Shown: positions 13,282 through 25,099 of the stretch, piece after piece
Layout: each line of letters opens with the position of its first letter
How positions within the stretch are numbered: position 1 is the stretch's first letter
Assembly: GCA_051362555.1 (NCBI GenBank)
Contig: CM120649.1
Location: forward strand, 15,390,567-15,454,566
Direction: 5' to 3'
DNA: 64,000 nucleotides
DNA from: Lingula anatina
Taxonomy: Eukaryota; Animalia; Brachiopoda
Translations under genes and position numbers: made by a program
Notes under the pieces: generated by a model
What the model was told of the DNA's origin: nothing
The model's input: only the letters and a program-made list of their open reading frames with translations
Databases searched by the model: none

Positions 13282-14238
13282 TGTGGGGGGGGGGGGGGGG
13301 GAACTTACCCTATTTCGGCTCTTTAAATAAAAGTGGGGGGAATCATTAGAAGGACAGTAACAATTTCACTGAACACTTATACAATATGATAAATCAAAGT
13401 ACCATTCAACTTTGCCAGAGGGGGACTGTATGTATAAAAGACTGATTTGGTGATGATTTGATATATAGAGAGATAGAGACGAGAGTTAGTATTAAATTCT
13501 TGGATTGTTTACTCTGTAGGGGAATACGTCGCGGTCACGTAGAGTTAACTAGATACAAGGAAGGGGACAGTTAGCGTTAACAAGGAAACGCACCAAGGGT
13601 ATTCCCCCATTTAATGATTTATTAAATTAATAAGAAACTTCACCAGTGACGTTGTGGTTTTCTTTGGTTCATGAAGCCCAAAAGACCGTGCCGCAACATT
13701 CGTATGGCCAAACCATCATCGCGTTATCCAAGAACATTGAAAAGTAAAGGTACTATCTTTACAGCGGCTTAGCTCACCAGGACCTGGGCTTAGTGAACGC
13801 AAAAAAGAAAGACCAGAAAAGAAAAGATGTCTCAGGAACAGTTCCACTCGTTGATCGAGAACATCTGCCAGCTGACGGAGCAGAGACAGATGGAGGCTGA
13901 CAGACAAGGACTCCGATGGGCAGAAGAGAGGGAAAGACTTCTCTGCAAGACTTATCAGATCTGGTTCATCCCTGCGATGGAACAGTCCATTCTAAAACCC
14001 TTGAATGGATAGATCAGATGGAGAAAGCGATCTCCTGTGGCCATGGCAACATTACAAACTGTGCTAAAAGGTTGGCCCTGAAGACTAGCAGAGGTGCCTT
14101 AGCAGCAGAGGTTGATTATTGCCTTTGCCAACAAAATGATTACTATGGCACAGGTAGGGTAACCCTCCGAGATCACATCCACTACTCGTTCCTGTCACCT
14201 TATGTCTTCAGACAGAGATGGAGCAACTTTGGCATTGA
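13282..14238 (+). mobile_element. Gypsy-like LTR + truncated gag, copy 3
   Basis: TGTGGGG... at 13282 to ...CCGCAACA at 13698 gives TG...CA LTR ends, with an internal deletion. Gag ATG at 13827 (MSQEQFHSLIENICQL), frameshifted. Confidence 0.65.
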
Positions 14239-14869
14239 TATTATTATCATTATTATAAGTATCATCAGTTACTCTTAGAATAGTTTCAGGTAAAAAGAAA
14301 TTGTGCGTATTAGTCCTCAATGTATCCATTATTATTATTATTTTTTTAAATATATATTAGTTAGATGTGTCTTTTTTTTGGCTCTATGTATACTTTATAT
14401 TATTGTCTTTGTTTTTTTTTCTGTTTCTCTCAGTATATGATCCTGTGTGTCACTTCAGGTATCGATAATTATTTTATTAGTTGACTTACAATTGTATAGT
14501 TATTCATTCTATTTTCTGCAATAAAAAAGAATAGTGAGGAGTGTCTCAGGCGAGCTCCTTGAAGAAACAGAAAATAATAGAAATAATGACAAATGTGGCA
14601 TATGCAAATCCAAAGCAGTAAAAGTCTGTTTGGATGGTGAACACAAACTTTGTGCAAAATTTTGTTGCAAACACGACAGAGAAGTCCATACAAATTTATA
14701 AACAACATTCTATCAGAAGATATAATTAACAAACCAAACAATGATAAAAAGTCATGTTTATGAACCCAAAACATACGTTGTAAAGTTAAAATGAATTTCA
14801 ATTATATATTTTGACTTAATTTTAAATATTTTAATTATTCTTTGATGCAATTTTATTTTTAATTTTGAA

Positions 14870-15947
14870 ATTAGACCTAAGACAAAGGCATAGTTTGTGT
14901 GGTTTGTTCTATTAATTGACTATAGGACAACAAGTGGATGGACAGTACTAAGAGTTCCCACCTTTATGAGAAACAATGCTTTGATCTCTGGGAACCAGTG
15001 GATGGACAATCTTGAGGGTCACCCTCCTACGTCATTAGAAGTACAGTAACAATTTCATTGAACACTTATTATACAATATGATAAATCATAAAGTACTATT
15101 TAACTTTACCAGAGGGGGACCGCCTGTATATATAAAAGATTGATTTGGTGATGATTTGATATATAGAGACGAGAGTTCAGTTCTAGTTCTGAATCGAGTT
15201 GAGCAAGTTTACTCTGTAGGGGAATACGTCGCGGTCACGTAGAGTTAACTAGATACAAGGAAGGGGACAGTTAGCTTTAACAAGCACACGCATCGTGGGT
15301 TATTCCCCCATTTAACAATTTATTAAATTAATAAGAAACTTCACCATTGAGGTTGTGGTTTTTTTGGTTCATAAAGCCCAAAAGACCCTGCCCCAACATT
15401 CACATGGCCAAACCATCATTGCGTTATCCAAGAACATTGAAAAGTAAAGGTACTATCTTTACAGTGGCTTAGCTCGCCAGGACCTGGGCTTAGTGAACGC
15501 GAAAAAGAAATACCAGAAAAAAAAAAGTCTTAGGAACAGTTCCACGCATTGATCGAGAACATCCCCCAACTGACGGAGCAGAGACACGTAGAGGCTGACA
15601 GACAAGGACTCCGATGGGCAGAAGAGAGGGAAAGACATTCTCTGCAAGACTTATCAGATCTGTTTCATCCCTGCGATGGAACAGTCCCTTCTAAAACCCA
15701 TGAATGGATAGATCAGATGGAGAGAGCGTTCTCCTGTGGCCACGGCAACATTACAAACTGTGCTACAAGGTTGGCCCTGAAGACTAGCAGAGGTGTCCTA
15801 GCAGCAGAGGTTGATTATTGCCTTTGCCAACAAAATGATTACTACGGCACAGGTTGGGTAACTCTCCGAGATCACATCCACCTCCTGTTCCTGTCACCTT
15901 ACAAGGCAGCCTGTCTTCAGACGGAGACAGAGCAATTACGGTATTGA
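14870..15947 (+). mobile_element. Gypsy-like LTR + truncated gag, copy 4
   Basis: LTR-like segment ends CCCCAACA at 15398. Longest open gag remnant is ORF 15549-15947 (HPCDGTVPSKTHEWIDQME...WVTLRDHIHLLFLSP); the start codon is lost. Confidence 0.65.
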
Positions 15948-16108
15948 TATTATTATCATCAGTTACTCTTAGAATAGTTTAAGGTATAAAGAAATTGTGC
16001 ATATTAGTCCTCAACGTATCCATTATTATTATTATTTTTTTTTAATATATATTAGTTAGATATGTCTTTTTTTTATTGTCTCTATGTATACTTTATATTA
16101 TTAGGTAG

Positions 16109-16591
16109 AAGGTAAACATTTCAGAAGGAACAATAAAACTAAAAGTTAAAGGACCCAAAAAATACACCTGCCAGTGTAGGTTAATTGACCATTGTAAAGC
16201 CAATGCAGCTGCCGTTTGCCAGGATTGTTATCCTTCATTTGCTTTGCTGTATTGTGAAACGTGTGATGATTTAATACACAGCTTGGTTAAATCATCTACA
16301 CACAGAACCATCCCACTGCAACAAGGGACATTTGACTCTGACCAAGGTGACGATGATATTATACTTCCTTTTGACGAAGACGACCACGGTGCATCAAGCA
16401 GCGAGGAAGCGCAATTAACAAAGCACGCTGTTGACGACACGGACAGAGAAACGGAAGAAGAGGGGGGAGCTACGTGGTCACGTGGTCCGATGACGACAAT
16501 CGTGCAACCGGCGGAGCTGTCAAACTCAGCTGCATTGTCTACCTCTTGTGCCGTACAGGGGACTTTCCTAGTTTGGTGTGTGACTGCATAG
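16109..16591 (+). pseudogene. Stop-free exon-like ORF with a B-box-like zinc finger and acidic tail
   Basis: One frame reads ...YTCQCRLIDHCKANAAAVCQDCYPSFALLYCETCDDLIHSLVKSSTHRTIPL...DDDIILPFDEDDHGASSSEE...; no ATG start. Part of the tail is repeated at 22598-22735. Confidence 0.55.
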
Positions 16592-16692
16592 ATATAACCA
16601 GGACTGGAGGGAAATAAAATGGTAAAATATGTTACATATGAGGCTGTATCGGACACTCACTCATGACTGGAGTCAATTATTTTCATTGTCCG

Positions 16693-16696
16693 CGTG

Positions 16697-16757
<61 letters not shown>
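16693..16757. repeat. Compound (GT)n(GA)n microsatellite (similar at 19948-20004; (TA)n(TG)n at 32112-32164; (TA)n at 27304-27331; (TTAAA)n at 31671-31705)
   Basis: Directly visible simple repeats. Confidence 0.95.
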
Positions 16758-16758
<1 letters not shown>

Positions 16759-17739
16759 TAAAAGGTGCACTCAAGATTGAAATCGATTTCACAAAGCTAC
16801 AGGTTTACAATATTTGAGATATAACAGCCGTACGTTTTGAGACAGGAACAGTCACAAATTGTGTGAACGCTTTTCTACATGAAGTCCAACCATCAACCGA
16901 TAATCTGTATGTTTGATAATTGCAAACCATATCGTCACAGGCCTGTTCAACAGTAGTTACAGCAAATAGGGCATTCCCACTTTCATGTACAATGATAAGC
17001 ACGATCGGGTCATATAGTAAAGATTTGAGAGGTTTTCCCTCATGACATGGTAAAGCGGCCCAGCGCCCGATCGGGCCAAACCATAGAAAGCTATAAAAGC
17101 GCGTGCACGAGGCAGGTAACCGTACAGTATCTGTTTTAAGCACGTGGAGGTAACATTCACTCAGCCGGGATAGCAATAACATGGCAGACAGTCAGACAGT
17201 GTGTTCAATGGAAAGACGTATGTATTACTATTAATTCCATGTTAATTATTTTTATTGACAAAGAAATATAACGTTATTATACATGTATTTACTAAGAAAA
17301 TGTCCTATTTTAAACAACGATCACATTTCTTGAAATATTACCAAGCTATTGTCGTGTGTTAGTCGATCGTTAATATTAGCGTTCGTTCCTGCGTGTGATT
17401 GAAATGTGCATGCGCGTGCTTGTGCATGTGTAGTTCAGTATCATGTTTGTATTTATCTGCTTCTACATGTGTTTGTTAACTTAGGTGTGTGTGTACGTGT
17501 GTGTGCACGACTGCGTGTGTGTGTTTGATTGTGAACGGGTATGCTTGAGTGTGAGAGAGGGGGGAGGTGCAAAAGTGTTAAAATTCAGCAGTTGTCACAA
17601 ACGTACAGATACACATTTAACTGGAAACAATCTTATGAAGTACTGTTTTAATCGACTATATCATAGAACATTCGCCATGAATACCGTTAGTGACAGATTA
17701 AATGAGTTCCCTAAAAACTCATCCAATTTAACTCATCTG

Positions 17740-19264
17740 TATTACTTCCTATTCAAGTTCAATAGTAACTATGGACCTATCTGTCAGTTTTGAAGATAAA
17801 GGTGAACGAAAATTTGCTAAGTTCAGTTCATAGTAAAAGGAAGGTCAAAGGTCAATTTAAAGGTCACAGTAAATTGCCAGTTCATGACTTCCTATTTAAG
17901 TTCAATAGTAACTATGGACCTATCTCTGCCAGTTTTGGAGATTAAAGGGAACAAAAATTGGCAAAGTTCAATTCATGGTGAAAAGTAGGTCAAAGATCAA
18001 TTTTAAGGTCACTGATTAATTGCCAGTATGTGACTTCCTATTCAAGTTTAATAGTGACTATGGACCTATCTCTGCCAGTTTTGGAGATTAAAGGGAACAA
18101 AAATTGGCAAAGTTCAATTCATGGTGAAAAGTAGGTCAAAGGTCAATTTTAAGGTCACTGTTAAATTGCCAGTATGTGACCTCCTATTCAAGTTCAATAG
18201 TAACTATTGACCTATCTCTGCCAGTTTTGGAGATAAAAGGGAACAAAAATTTGCAAAGTTCAGTTCATGGTGAAAAGTAGGTCAAAGGTCAATTTCAAGC
18301 TCACATCTAGATTGCAAGTAAATGACTTCCTATTCAACTTAAATAATAACTATTGACCTATCTCTGCCAGTTTTGGAGATATAAGGGACTAAATGTTACA
18401 ATTCTGAGTTACAAAAATGTGCCACCACAAAGTACTAGTTTTGGAGATATAAGGGACTAAATGTTACAATTCTGAGTTACAAAAATGTGCCACCACAAAG
18501 TACTTTTTAATACAGCATAACACGAAAACCGTATGAAATACAAAAAAACGGAGACCAATCTCAGTGTTGGGCTTTACATGCTCTACAAAATGCAAAAAAG
18601 AACGGGTCGCTAGCATTAACGGTTCCCGAATTAGGGACAGTTTTCATTTTCGGTATTTTATGGCCGCTACTCCTGTGAAAATGCACCGATTGACCCCAAA
18701 TTCACAGAGATGAAAGATGACCCAAAGGGTAACACTTTCCAATATAATTATTGGTTAAGTCTGTGTAGTGTCTGAATAACAGTGCAAATAATATTTTTTT
18801 TCGTAAAAAAATTTTTTTTTTTTGAAAATTTTGGCCCGTTTGACCTTGAAATAAAGGTCAAAGGTCAAATCCAAGGGCATATTTGAAATCTACACATATG
18901 ACTTTTGGAAAGCCGTCTGTAGAAAATTTTCCCATAATTCCTTCCGTAGGGTAGATAATTGGCATTGAATTTTCAAAAATTTTGACAAGGGTGCATTTCA
19001 AGGAGCGTCACGCCCAGGTCAATGTACCGACTGAGACAAAAAAACCTGGGGGTTCAAGTTGAGGTTATATGTGACCTAAATCCAAGAGATGGGGACAGGG
19101 GTCCTTGCGGTCTAGGAGGAGAAGCGGTAACGGTGACTTGTATCCGGCGCCAGTACGCGGAGCCGGCGGAGCTTACGGAGCTGGACGAGCCGGCGGAGCC
19201 GGACGAGACGGGTCGGGACTAAAACCAGGAGTACCGCCAGCGTACACGCTGGTGGTACTAATTA
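17740..19264. mobile_element. Helentron-associated non-autonomous element (HINE/DINE-1-like), family A, copy 1, with ~146-bp internal tandem array
   Basis: About 4.5 tandem monomers (GGACCTATC at ~17774, 17916, 18062, 18208, 18354), a GCCGGCGGA-type microrepeat, and a terminal hairpin GTACCGCCAGCGTACACGCTGGTGGTAC. Homologous to 32305-34527. Confidence 0.7.
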
Positions 19265-19945
19265 CCTAAATTTTACCTTTAAGTTTTATGTCCGACCAAA
19301 TCACAGAAGGCTATGAAAGCACTCGAGGCTGATAACTGATACACACATACCTAGTACTAGTATTAAGCGCGGCGAGGTTACATACTATCAGCAGATGTTT
19401 GTGACAGCGGTGTATTAACATGGCAGTCAGTCAGACAGCGTGAACCAAGGGGAGTCGTTTGCAGTAGCCTTCTACTACCCAACTTTCACTGTTGGGTTTT
19501 ATGTCTGCGGTAATTAATAAATTATATGAGATAAAAGTTCGCTACTTATGAACTATACTAGCAGACATAGCTTACAATACTTAATAATGAGTCAATAGAG
19601 CGAGGGGGAACTCAACGTCCGATCTTACCTTACTTAACCACAGAAAGCTGTTAAAAACACGATCAAAGCAGCCTTCCTTACCAGTTTTAAGCGCGTCGAG
19701 GTAACAAATACTATCAGCCGGGATTTGACAGCGGTGTAATAGGCAGACAGTCAGTCAGCGTGTTCCATGGAAAGTCATATGTAGTAGGCCTACTGCAGTT
19801 TCCATGTTATTTTTTCTTGACAAAGTAATCTTACGCGTTTGAATTTATTTAGAATGTCCAACCTAAAGTATGAGATGGCTACTTTCAAAATATAAAGAAA
19901 TCAAGTGTGTGTTGATCATAACTGGGAGCGCTCGGAAGAATGAGG

Positions 19946-19990
<45 letters not shown>

Positions 19991-20639
19991 AGAGAGAGAG
20001 AGAGAAATTGCAAAGGGGAAAAGCCCTATGATTCAAACGACACACGGGATAAACACGCTTCAGTACAGCATAGTGGTGCTGAAGAAAGTAACTGATCAAT
20101 CCGTGGACGGTTGGGAAGTGAATTTCACAATTGCCCTTGTCCAGTGTTTACCCACTTAACTTCCAATAAATACTAGCTCTGATCATGTTGAAGGCGGCCC
20201 TTTTTCACGGTAATATTCAGGGTACAGCCGTAACATTGTGTGTTTGTATGTGTATGTGTAAGATTGAATTTAATTAAATTAAATTAACAAAAAAATATAA
20301 AAGCCCTAAAATACAGAACTAACAGGAGTACCATATATCATACGGAGTTAGATACTTCACTTTGTGAATATATCTTTTCCAGAGAACACCAACCAGATGG
20401 GTCAGACTGACCACCAAGAGACCACCACCAGACGGTCAGGAATCATCGCATACAGAGATGTGGGCACGGATATGACCAGGACTGGAGGTAGATATGGGGC
20501 ACTGAATGCGTAACACGTTGCATTCTACTGCTGTGCAACACATGTAACAAGCAAGTGCAAATAGGTGACAGGGCTGGTCACCACAGGGTTGACCTCTCTC
20601 ACCTGATGGGCAAGATGGAGTAGATGAAAGGAACGATAG

Positions 20640-22600
20640 AATAAAGACCACCTTCCTAGAATGTGCATCAGAAGTCGCACCGGCCAGTAAAATGAAGGAC
20701 TCAAAGCTCTCAACAGAAACGAGGATTCTCATGAAGAAAAGACGGATGATGAAGAAAACAGAGGTAAACAACAACAGGGACATCAGAAACAACATCGAAT
20801 ATGCAGAACTGGATAAGACCATCAAGAAGAAGGCAAGGGAAGACATCAGGAAGCAGAACATGAAGAAGATAGCAGAGACCATCGAAAATGGAAAGAGCAT
20901 GAAAAGAGCAAAGAGATCCTTTCAACTAGGGCAGGATAGAATGCTGACTCTTCTAGACAAAGATGAAAATGAGCTCACCACACAAGACCAGATATTAGAA
21001 CGAGTAGAATAATTCTATGGAGAGTTGTCTGACAGCAACAAGGGAATAGAAATCTCAAAGGCATGCGATCTACCAGACATAACAGCTTGGGAAGTAGAGT
21101 CAGCAGTCCAGAAAATGAAGAACGGAAAGGCAGCAGGAAATGACATCAAAGCAGAAATGGTAAAAGCAGGAGGAGATATCCTATCTCAGGAATTAGCTAG
21201 GCTCTTCACAAAGTGCTTACATCTGAAGGAAATTCCTGTAGCATAGAAGAACGCCAACATGATCATAATGTTCAAAAAGTGCAATAGGAAAGACATCAAG
21301 AATTACAGACCCATCTGCCTACTTTCTAATTTGTACAAGATTTACACCAAAATATTGACCGAAAGGCTAACAAGACAACTAGATGAAGCGCAGCCAAAGG
21401 AACAAGCAGGTTTCAGAGGCCAGTACACCACCACTGATCATATGCACACTGTCAACCAGCTCAAAGAGAAATGTTTTGAGTATAACATTCCACTATGTGT
21501 AGCATTAGTTGATTATGAAAAAGCCTTCGACTCAGTAGAAACCCTGGCATCCCTGCAAGATCTAGGGATCGAATATGGATACGTAGACGTCCTCAGAGAC
21601 ATATACATCGATAGCTCTGTAACAGTCAAACTACACAAGACCACCAATAAGATCAGGATCAAGAAAGGTGTACGCCAAGGAGATGCAATCTCTCCTAAAC
21701 TGTTCACAGCAGCATTGGAACGTATATTCAGGGATCTAGACTGGCAGGACAAGGGCTTAAACATAGATGGTACCAGGCTCAATCACCTTAGGTTTGCAGA
21801 CGACATAATAGTAGCAGATGATGCAAAAGACCTAGAAGAAATGCTACAGGCGTTAGCAGATGAAAGCGCAAAAAGTGGGCTAAAGATGAACACCAGCAAG
21901 ACAAAGGTGATGTTTGGACCACTAACCACCCCTTGCACAGTGAAATTCAACACCAAAGAGATAGAAGCAGTGGAAGAGTATATATACCTTGGGCAACGGT
22001 TCAGCCTTTGTGATCGAACACTGGAGAAAGAAATCCAACGAAGGATAAAAGCAGGATGGGCAGCATATGGGAAGCACAATGACATCTTCAAGAGCAACCT
22101 TCCTACCTGCCTGAAAAAGAAAGTGTTTAATGCTTGTGTGCTGCCAGCAATCACCTATGGCTCAGAGACCTGGGCACTGAATGCCTCCATGGAACACAAG
22201 CTACAAGTAGCTCAGAGAAAGATGGAAAGAATTATGTTGAACATCAATCCAAGAGAGCGGAAAACGAATGCATGGTTAGAACAGACCAAAGTTAAGGACG
22301 TACTGCTCACAGTTAAAGAAATGAAATGGAGGTGGGCAGGACATGTCAAAAGAATGAAGGACAATAGGTGGACAATCAGGCTTACAGAATGGACCCCAAT
22401 GTATGGACAAAGAAAAAGAGGAAGGCCGGTCAAACGATGGAGGGATGAATTAGATGACTACTGGAAGTCTTGGAAGAAGAAACCTTGGCCAAACTGGAAA
22501 TCTGAGGCTCAGGATAGGAAACAATGGAAAAAGCATGCTGAGGCCTTTGTCCAACAGTGGAACACTATAGGCTCTAAATGATGATGATGATGATGATTGA
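20640..22600 (+). mobile_element. 5'-truncated RTE-clade LINE (reverse transcriptase region) with (TGA)n tail
   Basis: ORFs 20692-21012, 21025-21246 and 21259-22581 are one frame broken by two stops. RT motifs YRPICLLS, QAGFR, DYEKAFDSV, GVRQGDAISPKLF and LRFADDI. RTE-type C-terminus KWRWAGHV...RGRPVKRW...EAFVQQW. Microsatellite tail present; endonuclease absent. Confidence 0.93.
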
Positions 22601-22979
22601 GGAAGACGACCACGGTGCACCAAGCAGCGAGGAAGCGCAATTAATGACGCACGCTGAGGAGGGGGAGCTACGTGGTCCGATGACGACAATCGTGCCACCG
22701 GCGGAGCTGTCAAACTCAGCTGCATTGTCTACCTGTAAGATGACTTTTTTGGCTTCTGTTAAAAGGTTATACTTATTCAAATCTCTTACCCGAGGGGTCT
22801 AAATTCTCGTGAAGCTGTGATTTGAATGACTTAAGGGTACTGTTGATTATTCCATATGAGCTCCATGTTTATTGTGAAATTCAATTTATTTTATTACGCT
22901 GACACCCCGTCTTGCATACTTTTATTAAACTGAGGTAAACAATGCCTGTTACCAAGTCCTATCTTGATCATCCATCTAA

Positions 22980-23650
22980 CTATTTTTACAGTGGCTTAGC
23001 TCGCCAGGACCTGGGCTTAGTGAACGTGAAAAAGAAATACCAGAAAAAAAAAAAAGATGTCTTAGGAACAGTTCCACGCGTTGATCAAGAACATCTGCCA
23101 ACTGACGGAGCAGAGACAGGTGGAGGCTGACAGACAAGGACTCTGATGGGCGGAAGAGAGGGAGAGACATTCTCTGCAAGACTTATCAGATCTGTTTCAT
23201 CCCTGCGATTGAACAGTCCATTCTAAAACCCTTGAGTGGATAGATCAGATGGAGAAAGCGATCTCCTGTGGCCACAGCAACATTACAAACTGTGCTACAA
23301 GGTTGGCCCTGAAGACTAGCAGAGGTGCCCTAGCAGCAGAGGTTGATTATTGCCTTTGCCAACAAAATGATTACTACGGCACAGGTGTGGTAACTCTACG
23401 AGATCACATCCACTACTCGTTCCTGTCACCTTATGAGGCAGCCTGTCTTCAGACGGAGATAGAGCAATTTTGGTATTGATATTATTATCATTATTATTAG
23501 TATCACCAGTTACTCTTAGAATAGTTTCAGGTATAAAGAAATTGTGCGTATTAGTCCTCAACGTATCCATTATTATTATTTTTTTTAAATACATATTAGT
23601 TAGATATGTCTTTTTTTTTGTCTCTATGTATACTTTATATTATTGTCTAA
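22980..23650 (+). mobile_element. Gypsy-like leader + truncated gag, copy 5, plus the shared AT-rich tail
   Basis: ATG at 23057, several internal stops, and the same junction to the AT-rich tail as copies 1-4. Confidence 0.65.
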
Positions 23651-23989
23651 AGATAAGGAAAACGAATGCTTCTCAAAGCCACCCGCAACCGCCAAGCTAA
23701 TGACATCACTGCAGCCAGTGCTTCAGGTGTACGCATGGATTGTTATCCTTCTTTTATTTGCCACTTAGACGAATGTAAAAAAAAACAGCTGATGTGGTGT
23801 GTCTGAAATGTGCAAACGTAAAAGCAAAAGAAAGTGTTTTTTTTTTTTTTTGCAACAACTGTTTTGCAAGCAAACAACGCAAAAAGAAACACCATACCTT
23901 ACCAATAAACAAAGAATTAGTAATTCAGGGAAGAACATTAACCACAATTATATTTTTCAAAATCTGTTTTTTATACTGGAACCCAGTCA

Positions 23990-24875
23990 AGGTTTTAGTA
24001 TATGCAACGAATAATTGAACACGTTATGTCTGTTAATCCATTAGAATGCCGTGTATAGAACTGATCATCCAATGATACACCTGAATCTTATACTTTCAGA
24101 GAAAAAAGGGAGGTGCTTCTGGAAAATGAATTATAACCTTTTGAAGGATCCAGAATATATTACCAGAGTAAAGAAAGTAATAAATGATCTTAAATATCAA
24201 TATGTCTCAAGTCCATTCAAAATAGGAATTATGTAAAATAAGTGATAAAGAGCTTGATTTTTTAGTGGTGAGCAGACTTTCTTTGAAAAGATGCTACTGC
24301 AAGTTAGAGGATTTACAATTGCTTACAGCTCAGCAAAGAAGGAGAAAAATGTAATGAAAATCTTGGCTAAAAAAATGACAGAGATATATTCCCAATATAC
24401 TGAAAATCCCACGCCTGAACTCAAAAATCAACTCGCAACACTGAAACTAGAAGACATGAGACAAATACATATCAGGAGTGTTTTCATTAGAACTAAAGCA
24501 AAATGGTTAGAGGAAGGAGAAAAACCTTTAAAATATTTTTTATCCCTTGAAAATGAAATTATGTCAATAAAACTATGAAGAAAATTGTAAAGGAGAAAGG
24601 AAACATTGTTACGGATCAAGCTGAATTTCTAAAAGAAATATGACATTTTTACAATCAATTATACTCTAAACAAATTAACTCTCCTGAAAATATTTGAACT
24701 AAATAACATATACTGATAAAGGCAAAATCAATATATTGGATGACAACACAGCTAAACAGAGGGAGCAATTATAGATCAAGAAGCATCAATAGCGCTAAAA
24801 ATATGAAGAACAATAAGTTACCCGGTTCCGATGGTTTCTCAGTCATTTTTTTTTTTTTTGAAGGACATAGGACAG
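23990..24875 (+). mobile_element. Degenerate L1/Tx1-type LINE ORF2 fragment (end of endonuclease to start of RT)
   Basis: YRTDH...FWKMNYNLLKD...IRTKAKWLEEGEKPLKYFLSLE...FYNQLYS...KNNKLPGSDGF, with multiple stops and frameshifts. Confidence 0.85.
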
Positions 24876-25099
24876 TAAACACCGTCAAAAGAAACACCAT
24901 ACCCTACAAATAAATAATAACACCACTGAGGCAAGAGTTGAGACAAGCGCAAAAGCTGCAGCCATACCCTCAAACAACTTCATGGAAAACATTGAAAAAA
25001 TGTGGATTCTGGTGCGGACAACCTGACAACACCTATTCAACAACCAGAACAAACTGCGCTGACATCAAATATCAAATGCTGGGGAGGCACACACTAAGA

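Noticed and set aside
700-15400. An intact LTR retrotransposon bounded by the LTR copies at ~0.8 and 13.3-15.4 kb
   Set aside because: Each LTR is followed by its own PBS/gag start, the interior is a mixture of unrelated families, and there is no continuous pol or TSD. These are duplicated 5' fragments.
15549-15947. Domesticated gag (Arc-like) gene family
   Set aside because: All five copies carry different disabling lesions (lost ATG, stops, frameshifts) and are truncated mid-capsid, so there is no sign of maintained coding function.
17740-18420. Regularly spaced repeats as a CRISPR array (also 32510-33075 and 63186-63345)
   Set aside because: Whole monomers repeat with no unique spacers, there are no cas genes, and the context is eukaryotic with introns. 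These are satellite-like arrays inside non-autonomous elements.
20436-22725. Minus-strand ORFs (154, 123, 89 aa etc.) over the RTE element
   Set aside because: Antisense shadows of the RT coding frame, with no independent motifs.
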